From Cenococcum geophilum (taxonomy: Eukaryota), in the NCBI GenBank assembly GCA_050273025.1, contig CP158635.1:8556001-8620000 (forward strand): a stretch of 64,000 nt of DNA, read 5' to 3'. A model generated the notes under the pieces. That model was not told the origin of the DNA, made no database searches, and was given only the letters and a program-made list of their open reading frames with translations. The position numbers were made by a program, and so were the translations under genes. Shown piece by piece: positions 1 to 12,196 of this stretch (the first letter of the stretch is position 1; each line of letters opens with the position of its first letter).

Positions 1-539
1 CGGTGGTGAAGATGCAATGTAGATGACAATTTATGAACGTATAAGTAGTTGGTAGAGGCTTTGGAAAGACACGAGCGTAAAGAGGAGCAAGTCATTCTGA
101 TGTCCGCCATGAGGCCAGCGTCTAAGAGATTCCGATGTCAGAATTTTGCAGTGCAACGGTTCGTCCTTGCAGCAGATCAGAACTAACGGCTACAAGATAT
201 CATCCTATTCATGATCAGCTCGGGCATGCTAAACCGCTATCGAAAAAGGTATCACGAAGGGGTTAAGGCAAGCATGGACTACGGAGCAGGGGTTTATTGG
301 TAGACTATACTATTTCCTCTATTTCATGCATTTAAGCTTGAATCGCCTAAACACGGTCTCGGACCCTTCACCAAGCAAATTTTGAGAATTTCTTATATTC
401 CGCAGCCAGTCTTCATCTCCCTTCAACACCGCTCCTTCGATTCATCACCTTAAGCTGCGCAGAAGACATCATCTGAGAGCCCTTGAGATTCCATTCATCA
501 TTTAATCTCCCTTACAAGCTTTCTCGCCTTCACCTTCAA

Positions 540-925
540 ACGTGTCAATATCGCTCCTACGCCTTCGCCTGCGACCACTACCGCCAAGCCCGTCTGTCGA
601 CCTGTCGTGGCACGATTCAGCACCCGCATTTCAGCAACATGTCTTGGTGCTGATCCCGCACATCAAGTATCAACATTTTCCTCAAAACCAACTGTAAGGC
701 CTGTCGTCGGGCAGAGCTCATTGAGGAATGGAACAAACAGGATAACGAGATTGCGGATATTGCTGAGCTGACACACCGAGTACGTAGATCTCTCAGCCCC
801 TTCTAGTAGAACTCCTGAAGCTAACTCTACTATCTTTATTTCAGATGCAAAACCGCGAAGGCCGCCTGCAGCGAGCCAGAATCGCCGCTAGAAAGAGCCG
901 AGAGCTTCCAGGAGCCACTAGATAG
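540..925 (+). pseudogene. Small two-exon Cys-rich protein pseudogene (~106 codons); ACG where the start codon is expected, internal TGA at 651-653
   Basis: Frame from 540 reads (T)CQYRSYAFACDHYRQARLSTCRG...SWC*SRTSSINIFLKTNCKACRRAELIEEWNKQ...THR. A canonical intron follows at 780-844 (GTACGT, branch GCTAAC, TTTCAG), and the frame continues MQNREGRLQRAR...GATR* to 925. Confidence 0.55.
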
Positions 926-1495
926 ATATTGCGTGCCACGAGACGCCCGTGATCGATTCATCAAAGACCGTCGAAATGCGGTGGAGTGGCTCGAAGAAGA
1001 ATTTCCGCGACCGAGCGTGGGAGCTGCAAGGCCCGGAAAGATTTGTGAGAGTGCGTCGCCACTGCGCTTTTAGCTGAAGCCCGTGGGGGACTCAGACCTC
1101 GCAAGCTCGGCCTTCCGTGGAACCTCACTGCTCTGAAGGTGGGTGCGTGGGACTTGGAAAAGGGACTGGCGATACGGGCGCATTTAACGAGATAGGCTGG
1201 AGAGAATGAAAGGGTGCAGCAAAGGAGAGTCTGGATAGCTCTACGTTTTTGAGTGCTCTTATACTGTTTCATTATTCTAACATAGTCTCGTAGCATAATT
1301 TCAGTAAGAATTGGATTTCACGGAAGAAATACTGAAAATATCGTAAAAAGTATTTCGATACCATGTTAAAGCCCATATTTCAAGCACGTTCTAATACCTT
1401 ACTATCTCTGTACAGCTTCCAGTAACTTTCAAGATCTTCCTCAAGTATCGAGGTATAAAACTAAGTAAAAAGCCTTCCTGGTTTTCACTATCCTT

Positions 1496-2508
1496 CTATC
1501 CCTTAACCCGTCGAGGCGCAACGATGCCAGCTTGGCAGGCCCGTGCAGGAACACCGTGCCGAGCTGTACTCGAGGCATCGCAGAGCATGAATTAGCTAGC
1601 AATTTACACCTAAATCAATGCCAGAAAATGCCCAGAACATCTAATGAAATCGACTATGTGAAATGGAAGGATCCTCGTACCAAAACCTCGAAGAAGCCAC
1701 CACCAGAGCCATAGGTTCTACCTATATTTACTCCCTTTCGAATTAACAACTATTGGGACCGCGACAAGCCCTCTATACCCTAGTCTTAACTAGCATAACC
1801 CCCTAGCTAGCTTTAAGCTATTTTATATTAATAAGATAATAGATAAAATAGTAGTTTAGATAAATAAGTATATAGCAGCGCATAAATACTATAAAATAAA
1901 GCCTTAAATAGTAGGCTTAGAAAGTGGTTTCTAATATCTAGGTAGAAGTTATATATATACTTTAGGGTAACAATTTATACGGGAATAATAATAGAGCCTT
2001 AAGTAGAGGACTATTCAGGTCTAATTAAGAAGTGCGCTGTCTATAAGGTAACTAACTATATATTAAAGAATTGGTTTAAGTAGCTTAAGTAATATATTTA
2101 GTATAGTTCTATACCTTCTAATAGTTTCTAGTTAATATTTAACCGCGTAAATAAGCTCTCTAAATATCTTTAAGTACTCTATCGTACCTACTAGACCCTA
2201 GGGCCTTATTTATCTATTAATAAAACTATTTGGCGCTTTATAGGTAGGGTACCTAAGATTATTAATATATCGTTAAAGCCCACGCCTAAAGGCTTTAAAA
2301 TTTAGTTCCTAGCTAATTAGGGCTATATTTTAGATTAGCTATAGTACGCTAAAGGCCATAAGAAGAGGCCGGTAGATCTTAATAAATACTTCCTTAATAA
2401 GGATTTTATAAAGACTTAAACTATTATTCTTAACCTCCTTATATAGCATTATCCTAATACTAATAAGCGCCTATATCTATTAGGTAAGTATATAGTTTAG
2501 CTAAATAA
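1496..2508 (+). mobile_element. piggyBac-like DNA transposon, left end plus RIP-inactivated, 3'-truncated transposase
   Basis: Terminal motif CTATCCCTTAACCCGTCG (1496-1513) is identical to the ends at 61743 and 62049. De-RIPped translation gives FKLF-TD---DK-V-WTN-YA, SVDETI-RF-GR and KPTP-GFKIW-LANQGY-LDW, typical of piggyBac/DDE_Tnp_1_7 transposases. It breaks into Gypsy sequence near 2509. Confidence 0.75.
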
Positions 2509-3569
2509 GAATATTTAATTAAAAGTTTCGCGTTTTACTATAATAACGCATATTAAGTTTATAAGGACGCTAAGTATAGCGTAAGCTATTAGCTATAGGA
2601 GCCTAAGTTAAGAGGACTCTAAAGTATATAAGAGTTAGGTAAAGAATAGGATTAACTCTATAAACTAGATAAAGAACTAAAAGGCACGTTTAGCTAAAGA
2701 TTAGTAGAGAAAGTTCTTGTATACTAGTTCTACTATAGAGAAATAATATCTAAAGATTAAAATAATTGGACTATTAGTAGTAACAATAAGGTAATAAGAG
2801 CGACTTACTAGGAGTACGTAGACCTTAAGGACGTAATAATAGAGGTAAAGACTAAGACGGCTTTGGAAACTAAAACGGTAACGGGAATTAAGACTCCGTT
2901 AGATACGATGTCTATCGCTTTATAAGACGCAAGAGGAGTAGGATAGTAAACCACTTTGGCATTTAATAAATGTAAAAAGCCATAGGACTAAGATTCTTAA
3001 AAAGAAATAAGGAAGATAACTTAAGATTTTAAGAAATAAATAAGAGTAGAAGCTAGTTATTTATTAGGATAGATTAAGATAGGGACCGATATATAGGACA
3101 AGCCTAATAAGTGGACCACTCTAGGCGAACAAAGTGTTTAGCTAAAAGGTTAAAGAGTTAATACTATAATTAAGAAGTAAGAAGACTTTAAAGATTTATT
3201 AGCTAGACGTAGACTAAAAGAAAGGTAGAAAGAATTTAGAGAAAGAATCTATATATAGTAAGAATAGAACTAGAATTATAAGTTACATCGGCAAAATATG
3301 GTACCCTTTCAATGGCCTCAATGGTTGGTGGTTGACGCAATTGGCGCGCAGTTGAGTAGCCTATGTCGTGTTTTTTTGACACGCAGCCTGCGCGCAGCCT
3401 GCGCGCAACCTGCCAGTAATCTGCGCATTTGGCAACCATAATTATATTTACCTCTTTTATACTAATAATATATTTTAAATAAATAAAAGCTATTTTAAAG
3501 CTATTTATAAGGCTAGCAAAATAAATATTATTATTTTAGATAATTTAATATAATACAGCGATGGTTCTC

Positions 3570-3960
3570 TTCTACCTATCTACCTATTGACTTACCTACC
3601 TGCCTGCATCGCCTACCTGTCTGCATCGCCTACCTATCTACATCTGCCTACCTATCTATATTTACCTACCCGTTAGCATCTACCTACCTATCTGTATCTG
3701 CTTACCTGTCTGCATCTACCTACCTGTTTACATCTACTTATCTACATCTACCTACCTATCTGCATCTGCCTACCTATCTATATCTGCCTACCCGTCAGCA
3801 TCTACCTACCTATCTGCATCTGCTTGCCTATCTGCATCTACTTACCTATCTGCATCTGCCTGCCTATCTATATCTGCTTACCTGTCTGCATCTGCCTACC
3901 TGTCTACATCTACCTACCCGTCAGCATCTACCTGTTTGTGCCTACCTGTCTGTGCTACCT
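3570..3960. repeat. Degenerate tandem array of CTGCATCTRCCTACCTRT-type units
   Basis: Directly visible iterations of CATCTACCTACCTATCTG variants. Confidence 0.85.
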
Positions 3961-4004
3961 TAATTCGATCGATCGATCGAATCGTTTATAGTGTTGGCTG
4001 GCTA

Positions 4005-4330
4005 GTCGTTGTCGTCTGGCTCTGGCGACGGTCGTCTGGTTCTGGCGACGGTCGTCTGGCTCTGGCAACGGTCGTCTAGTTCTGGTAACGGTCGTCTGGC
4101 TGGCGACGGTCGTCTGGTTCTGGCGACAGTCGTCTGGTTCTGGCGACGGTCGTCTGGTTCTGGTAACGGTCGTCTGGCTGGCGACGGTCGTCTGGTTCTG
4201 GCGACGATCGTCTGGCTCTGGCAACGGTCGTCTGGTTCTGGCGACGGTCGTCTGGCTCTGGCAACGGTCGTCTGGTTCTGGTAACGGTCATCTGGTTCTG
4301 GCGACGGTCGTCTAGTTCTAGCAACGGTCC
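4005..4330. repeat. 18-bp minisatellite TCTGGCGACGGTCGTCTGG-type
   Basis: Direct tandem iterations, which explain the repetitive ORFs on both strands here. Confidence 0.9.
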
Positions 4331-4459
4331 TCTGCTGGCTGCCGTTCTGGTGCCTCCCTAGGTAGGGAGGATATAAAGAAGGAAGGAAGGGTAAAAAATA
4401 AGGTGGCTACATAGGGTAGAGGCACGTGTAGAGGCTATCGGGAATATAGCGGGGACCCG

Positions 4460-4892
4460 ATGCAGAGCTTCGTGTAGAGCCTCTGTACGCAGAGCTTCGC
4501 GCAGAGCCTCGTGCAGAGCCTCTGTACGCAGAGCTTCTCGCAGAGCCTCGTGCAGAGCCTCTGTACGCAGAGCTTCGCGCAGAGCCTCGCGCAGAGCCTC
4601 GCGCAGAGCCTCGTGCAGAGCTTCGTGCAGAGCTTCGCGCAGAGCCTCGTGCAGAGCTTCGTGCAGAGCTTCGTGCAGAGCCTCTGTACGCAGAGCTTCG
4701 TGTAGAGCCTCGTGTAGAGCCTTATGCGAAGCTTCGTGCAGAGCTTTGTGCAGAGCCTCTATGCGCAGAGCTTCGTGCAGAGCCTCTGTACGCAGAGCTT
4801 CGTGTAGAGCTTCGTGTAGAGCCTCTATGCGCAGAGCTTCGTGCAGAGCCTCTGTACGCAGAGCTTCGTGTAGAGCCTCGTGCAGAGCCTCC
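4460..4892. repeat. 12/15-bp minisatellite GCAGAGCYTCGY
   Basis: Direct tandem iterations. The reverse complement ACGARGCTCTGC matches arrays at 48180-49060. Confidence 0.9.
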
Positions 4893-5009
4893 AAGTAATA
4901 AGACTATAAGATTGTATGAGATTGTATAAGATTGTATAAGATTATATATAATAGTTAAATATATAGTATATAACTTTACCTTAATCGCACGTTAAGAAAT
5001 ATACAGTTA

Positions 5010-5660
5010 GCTTTTAAAGTTGTTAAGTAGGTTAACTGCGTATTATTTAACTTTTAAGTAGGTTAACTGCGTGTTAAAGGATATGCAGTTAGCTTTTAAA
5101 GTTGTTAAATAGGTTAACTGTATATTGAGTTAGTTAAATTGTATGTTAAGTAGGTCAACTGCGTGTTAAGTTAGTTAAATTGCATGTTAAGTAGGTCAAC
5201 TGCGTGTTGAGTTAGTTAAATTGCATATCAAGTAGGTCAACTGCGTGTTGAGTTAGTTAAATTGCATATTAAGTAGGTCAACTGCGTATTAAGTTAGTTA
5301 AATTGCATATCAAGTAGGTCAACTGCGTGTTGAGTTAGTTAAATTACATGTTAAGTAGGTCAACTGCGTGTTAAGTTAGTTAAATTACATGTTAAGTAGG
5401 TCAACTACGTGTCAAGTTAGTTAAATTGCATGTTAAGTAGGTCAACTGCGTATTAAGTTAGTTAAATTGCATATTAAGTAGGTCAACTGCGTGTTAAGTT
5501 AGTTAAATTACATATTAAGTAGGTCAACTGCGTATTAAGTTAGTTAAATTGCATGTTAAGTAGGTCAACTGCGTGTCAAGTTGGTTAAATTGCATGTTAA
5601 GTAGGTCAACTGCGTATTAAGTTAGTTAATTGCGTGTCGAGTTAGTTAAATTGCATGTCA
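5010..5660. repeat. 38-bp (2x19) tandem repeat GTTAAGTAGGTCAACTGCGT-GTTAAGTTAGTTAAATTGCAT
   Basis: More than a dozen directly visible iterations with transition-type variants. Confidence 0.9.
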
Positions 5661-6386
5661 ATTACGCGAAACGCGAAAACCAAAGTCTACTTGAATCTCA
5701 TCCTGCGAATATTTTCCCGATGTAAGAATGCTAAAATAGTTAACAGATAGAGTACTTATAAGGAGAATTACTTATAGGCTAAAGATAGATATACTAAGGG
5801 CAAAGTGGTTATAAGAAATTAAATAGGAAGAGGATTTTAGAATCTCTATTAGGTTTAAAGAATAATATATAAAAGGTTATAATAATATAGTAATAAAAAG
5901 ATACTTCTTTATAAATAGATTGTATATACTTATAGACCTATACTAAAAGTGGTATAGATAGCAATATAACAATAATTAGGAAGATTTCTATATATAGCTA
6001 GACAAACAAGTTGTTATAGACTAAGCCATATTGGAATAATATATAAATTATATTAGATAAGTATTAATTATAACGTTAAGAGACTTAGAAGGATAGTTAA
6101 AGGACTAGAGAAGTAAATAATAAATTTTAGTACCTACTAATAGTAGACTAGTAGCTAGGTTAATTAAATAAAGGTTTTAACTTAAGAATAAAAAAAAGCT
6201 AAGAGTTAACCTAAGACACCTAACGTATTATATACTAGTATAGATTATATATAGAGATAACTAATAAAAAATGTATAAAACGCTAAAGGCGAGAAACTAG
6301 AAGTACTCTATAAGGATATATTAGGCGCTAGATAAGCAATAATATAGGAATACTAAAAGTATATATAGCTGGCATCTAGTAAAAAT

Positions 6387-6542
6387 TGTTAGGGCACTGA
6401 GTAGGCTGATGGAATGATATATATAATACTCTATAAGGAAGAATCTCAAGACCCCAAGAGGATATCTACACGATGGCCCGCGCGCTGTCACGTGACACGT
6501 CGCTGAGCTCAAAGAGACTGCCTAAGTACCCCCCTACCAACA
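6387..6542. mobile_element. Solo LTR (156 bp) in A1
   Basis: TGTT...AACA ends; 5-bp TSD AAAAT/GAAAT; absent from the homologous position in A2 (about 45250). Confidence 0.75.
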
Positions 6543-7680
6543 GAAATCTAGGAGTTAGATAACTTAATACTTTAACTAAAAAGATTCCTTATTAAAAAAA
6601 TACCTAGATAGAAGATAGTAGTAGAAATGCCTAGAGAATATATGTCTATAGTATATTAAGGAAAAATAAATAAAGTATTAGCTAAAAGCGGACCAAGTAT
6701 AAACGGAATTTAGTAGCTAATAGTTAGAAAAATAGGAGGCCTATAAAACTAGAGGAAGCTAGTAGTAAAGCCTTAGACCCTTAAAGGAATTTAAGGACAA
6801 TACCTAAATTTATAAGTTAATTGGTAAGATTAGTAGTTTAAAGCATTAATAGATAGTAGAGTAATAAAGAACTATATACTACTAATAGTAGTTAAATAGA
6901 TAGGGCTACTATATAGATAGAAGGAGTACTTTTATTTATTGGTTATAATTTTAGGAGATCTAATAGCCTATAGAGGAGGTATTATTAATTTAAAATAGAA
7001 CCTATTTAGATAATTATTAAAGGAAAACTAGTTAAAATATTTTTTAATATCTTACTATTAAGACGGGACGAGGTATATATAGTATTCGAAATACCTTAAT
7101 TATAGGAATATAATCTAAAGACTAATAGGGTTATAGGTTAGGTTAATATTAAAAATACTTAATGCTATAAGATATAATAACAGACTAAGTTAGTATAGTG
7201 CTAAATTAGAGCAATATATAAAGAGACTAAGTAAGGCTTAAGTTATATACTAAAGAGATATTATAAGTATAGTAAAAAGCTATAGAGCCTAGAAAGTAAA
7301 AAGTTATTAAAATATCTAGTATAGGACTATAAAATAGAATTAGAACTAGGAATAAACTTAAGGTTTTTAATTTATAAGCTAATTAAGGAGGAGTTAAAAG
7401 CACTTAAAGAGTTTATCTAGGAAAACCTATAGAAGGGATATATTAGACTATTATAGTTATTAGCGGGATATCTAGTAATATTTGTACTAAAGAGGAATAG
7501 AAAACTTAGGCTATGTATTAACTATAGATAGTTAAACAGCATTACTAGAAAGGATAGGTATTTTTTACCCTTAATTAGCGAAATTTAAGATAGGATAGGT
7601 AATACGCAAATCTTTATAAAGATAGATCTAAGATAGGCATACTATTAGATTAAGATTAAAGAAGGCAATAAGTAAAAGGT

Positions 7681-7925
7681 TATAAGGCACATTACTAGGG
7701 TATACGGTAGGGAGTAGGTAAGCCGAGAATGAGTCACAAGGAGAGTCGATAGAAGAGGATGATATGGTAATAAGGGTAGGTAATAGCCTAGTACAGAGAG
7801 AGACGAAGGAGGCTGTAAGCCCGAGGAGCTTATAAGGGGTGGCCAAGGCCTAGCCGAAGGCTAGCCTTAGTAGCCCCTAAGAGCTCCCGGGATGTAGCCG
7901 AGTAAGGGACCAAAAGACCCTTATA
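7681..7925. mobile_element. Solo LTR (245 bp) interrupting the A1 reverse transcriptase
   Basis: TATAAGG...CCTTATA (RIPped TGTAAGG...CCTTACA); perfect TSD AAGGT; splits the EGDEWK-AF motif. Confidence 0.8.
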
Positions 7926-10207
7926 AAGGTAGCCTTTAGGTTAAAGGGAGAACTATATAAACTATTAGTTATATAATTCTGGCTTATAAATGTACTAATA
8001 ACGTTCTAAAAGCGGATTAATAATGTATTAGGAAAATATCTTAATAGATTTGTTATAGTATACTTTAATAACATTATTATCTACTTTATAAGTAAGGAAG
8101 AGTATAGAGAATATATTAAATAAGTTTTAAAGAGACTATAGGAGGAATAGATGCTAGTATTAATTAAGAAATATAAGTTCTTTATAAGAAAGACCGATTT
8201 TATTAGATTTATTATTAAATTAGGTTATATTAACATAGACCTAAAGAAAATTAAAACTATAGTAAGTTAGTAAAAACTAGAGAATATTATATAGTTAAGA
8301 TTATATTTAAGGGTTTGTAACTACTATATAGGGTTTATTATATAATTGTTAAAGAATATTAAGCTATTTATAAGGCTAATAAAGAAAGAGGAACTATAGA
8401 TATAGAAAAGTGAGTTAAAATTTTTTATTTTAAAACCCTAAGAAGTTATTTACCTAGGAACTAATTCTTAAAATCTACTAACTAAAGCTAGAAATGGTTA
8501 TAGAGACAGACGTATTAGACTTTATACTAGGAGTATATTTACTATAAAAATATTAGAACACATAGTACCTAGTAGTATACTATAGTTCGAAATAATAATA
8601 CTATTAGAATTAAACTATAACATCTATAATAAGGAGTTATTAGGTATAATTATAATACTTAAAAAATAGAGAGCATTCTTATAAGGTATAGAAAACCCAT
8701 TTATAGTTAAGTTAAATTATAAGAACTTAATTATAGATAGGTTAGATAGGCAGAAATGCTTACAGAATACTATTTTAAGATTTAGTATTCTAAAGGTATA
8801 GAGAACATAAGAGTAAATGCGCTAGGTAGAAAGGCTAAATTATATAATAATAAAAAACTATTAGGAGCAATATTGTGAAAAGATAAAGATAGATTAATTA
8901 AATATAACTATTTAAAGATTATAGTAATATAAGAAGAATAAACTTATAAGGCACTAGAGGGTATATAGTCTTAAAAGATCTAAAGAAGTATAAAGCGAGG
9001 ATCTAGACTTAGAGTAGGATAAAAATAAAAAAGCGATATATATACTAAAGAGCATTATAAAAAGGTTTATTAAAGGTTTCTATAGAGGAATAATATAAGG
9101 ACACAACGGAGCTATAGGCTTAGTGTTAAGACTCTAAGAGAAATCTATTATTTAAGGAATTTAGGGCTTAGTAAGGCAAGTTATAAGAGAATATTTAGAT
9201 TATTAAAGGAATAAACTAATGGGGTATAAGCTATATAGAGGGCTATAATCTATTAAAATGCTAAAACGTTTATAGAAGATAATATTATAAGACCTTATTA
9301 TAAAGTTACCAAAGTTAAAGGACCCTATTACTAGATAGGATTATAATATAATCCTAGTAATAGTAGATAAGTTAACTAAATAGGGCTACTTTATAGTAAG
9401 TATAGAGGAAATCTTAGTAGAAGATATAGCTAGAATCTATATTAAAGAAGTGTTTGTAAGATATAGAGTATTAAGTAAAATTATATTAAATAGAGATTTA
9501 AGATTCGTAGTAATATTTTAGAAGGTATTCTTATCGGAATAAGGGGTTTGCGTAGTAATATTAATAGTATATTATCTATAAACGGATAGCTAGACGGAAA
9601 GACTAAACTAGATACTAGAATAGTATCTAAAATATTATATTAATTACGCGTAGAATAATTAGATATTATTATTACCAGTTATATAGTTTATATATAATAT
9701 AATACTATAAAAAGAAATTAGGATATTACTATTTAAGGCAAACTACGGATATATACTAAGAATATTATTATTACTATAATAAGTAAAGAATAGAAATATT
9801 AATAAATCTTTATACAGACCTTAAAGAATTAGCGAAAATGGTATAAAAAAGGATAAAAGGCACTATAATGCTAGGAGATCTAAGGGACTAGATCTTAAGG
9901 AGGGGGATAAAGTATAGCTACTATATAAAATTTTCAAGAGTTAATGACTAAGTAAGAAGTTAGAATATATTAGATTAGGACTATTTAGGATTATAGTAAA
10001 AATCTTAAAAGTTATATATAAGCTAGACTTACTAGAGAAAATAAAGATCTATTCTATATAGTATATAAAGATATTAAACTACTAGTTTATAAAACAGACA
10101 TATATAAAGAATAAGAAGAAGATAAATAGTAAGTTTTAAAGATCGTTAGTTATAATAACATAGACAATAAAATATAGTATAAAGTAAAGTGTATAGGCTA
10201 TAATAAG

Positions 10208-11954
10208 TGTAACCGACTACCGACACTGCGTTGAGACACAAGATCACCGCTTGGAAGGCTCCGAGATGGCGTTAACGCCACCCAATATAGTGGTTGCAGA
10301 TCAATATTGGTGGCAGATTACCGTTCCCATTTCAGCTATCTATTACCCCATCACTTCTACCTTCTTCGTGTATATATAGAGCCTCTAGAGCTACATTCAC
10401 AATCAAGTCGTTCATTCAATCCTTCACACTGCAAAGCTTACAGTTATGAGCCCGGCCTGCCTACCGTACTGCATCTGATCTGTACATTCAGCGCTTACTA
10501 AGCAATTAATTGCTACCTCGTTTAAGAAGTCACTACTTCTTCCACCTTTGCAAGTGTTTCGAGCTTCTTCCGGGTACCTCTCTTGTACTCGTGATTACCT
10601 TTATTTACCAAACGGACGATCGAACATCGAACATCGATTATATCGAACATCGATCGAGCCGAACCCGACCGACCGTACGACCTACGACCGTACGAACCCA
10701 ACCTCCTTCAACCCAGATACACAACCATTCGACAGAGTCGACCTATCCACCACAGCGTAACGACCTCATATGGCGTCCAAGTGAGAGCCTAGCCAGCGCG
10801 ATAGCCCGAGCACAGAGCCAGAGCGAGATGCCAGAGCACGGAGCCAGAGCAGAAGCTAGCTTGGATATACTGATGGTGAGAGACAAAGATACTGGGTAGA
10901 CACAAGGAAGGCACCAGATCGACGGCAGCCAAAGGACCGTCGCAAACCAGACAACCGTTCGAACGACCAGCTAGCGAACACCAGAGCCTCAATATAGGCC
11001 TGTCACCAAATCAAATCAAGGCCTCCTGGGGAGGCACCAACACTACAATCAGTCGCAGCTATTACGCTGTAGACGCCTTCCGCTACAACCAGTTGCAGCC
11101 ATCACGCTGTAGACGCCCTTCCGAAACGCCAGCCTACATTGGCACCAGCCTTATCGGCACCAGTTGCGACGACCGCAACGTCACCAGATACGACGTCTTA
11201 ACGTCACCAGAGTCACCAAGTGACTACCTCCAGATCTACCTCGATTACAGCTCATATGGCTACAGCCCAAATGACTACCTCGAACACAGATCGAACATCT
11301 ACCTCGAGTACAGATCGAACGTCTACCTCGAGCACGGATTGATTGACTGCCTCGAATGCAGATCAAAACACCACACCTAGATCAAACGATTCAGTAGAGC
11401 CTCCTACAAAGGATGCTAAAACATCTACCTCGACTATAGATCAAAAGGATCTACCGCGAGCACAGATTAATTGACTGCCTCGAATGCAGATCAAATTACT
11501 ACACCTCTTTGAATACAGTCTCCTAAGAGGCTGGAGAGGACATATCTTTGAACCTAGTCTCCTGAGAGGCTGGACACCTTTTCGAATATAGTCTCCTGAG
11601 AGGCTATGGAGGACATCTCTTTGAATACAGCTCTATATCCAGAGATATAAAGTTAGGGAGATATATTCTAAAACGACCCTTTTTTTACTCCTGTTTGATA
11701 CAGTTTCTACCTTCATTTTGTCTTCTACAGCTTTGACTACACCGTCAAATCTGGGGGGGTGTGTAACCGACTACCGGACCTTGCATATTACCCTGTTTCA
11801 CCTGCGTCAGCACTACCCTCGTATGTCTCAGATACGTTGGAAATGAGTTATGGGCTTCGGAGTTCGGGGTCTACTTTCATGTATTTATACCACTTGATTT
11901 CCATAGATTTACAATCAAGTCGTTCATTCAATTCTTCGCACTGCAAAGCTTACA
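10208..11954 (+). mobile_element. Non-autonomous TRIM-like LTR element (1747 bp), not RIPped, with dissimilar LTRs (10208-10442 and 11762-11954)
   Basis: Perfect TSD ATAAG (10203-10207 / 11955-11959). Both LTRs start TGTAACCGACTACCG and end CACTGCAAAGCTTACA. PBS follows the 5' LTR and a G-run PPT precedes the 3' LTR. No gag/pol motifs seen inside. Confidence 0.85.
10443..10453 (+). promoter_or_regulatory. Primer-binding site GTTATGAGCCC, complementary to the anticodon arm of initiator tRNA-Met (half-tRNA priming as in Ty5 and Drosophila copia)
   Basis: Immediately 3' of the LTR terminal CA. It is the reverse complement of GGGCUCAUAAC. Confidence 0.75.
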
Positions 11955-12196
11955 ATAAGACTACCTAGGAGCTACTATAGAACCTAAAGAATGCTATAAA
12001 AAAGATATAGAAGTATTAGAAGAAAATAGGTTAGGTAATATTAAGAAGGAACAAAAGATAAAAAGATTAGTTAAAGGTAATAGAAGAGCCGCTAGACTAA
12101 AGGGATCTACTACTAGTATATAAGCTATTTCCGCCTCTTCCTAATTAAAATTCTTTTTAGTCTCTTTAGCCTTAAGCTTAGCTAAACTTTACTTAG

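Larger units (their letters stand above)
3286..5722. mobile_element. Non-autonomous TIR element (2.4 kb) made mostly of tandem-repeat arrays, inserted in A1
   Basis: Inverted termini CATCGGCAAAATAT / ATATTTTCCCGATG, each flanked by TA. The host Gypsy sequence rejoins across the site when compared with A3 near 41400-41500. Confidence 0.75.

Noticed and set aside
961..1296. 111-aa minus-strand ORF
   Set aside because: No recognisable motif or splice support; it lies just downstream of the plus-strand pseudogene.
3955..4324. Overlapping repetitive ORFs on both strands
   Set aside because: Products of the 18-bp tandem repeat.
4358..4894. 178-aa ORF of EALH/EALR repeats resembling a coiled-coil protein
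   Set aside because: It is the translation of a 12/15-bp minisatellite inside a TIR element, begins at a non-ATG codon and has no unique domain.
5010..5660. Regular repeats superficially like a CRISPR array
   Set aside because: Units are contiguous with no unique spacers, there are no cas genes, and the context is eukaryotic.
10307..11968. Short ORFs within the TRIM-like element
   Set aside because: Low-complexity, mostly non-ATG starts and no gag, protease, RT or integrase motifs.
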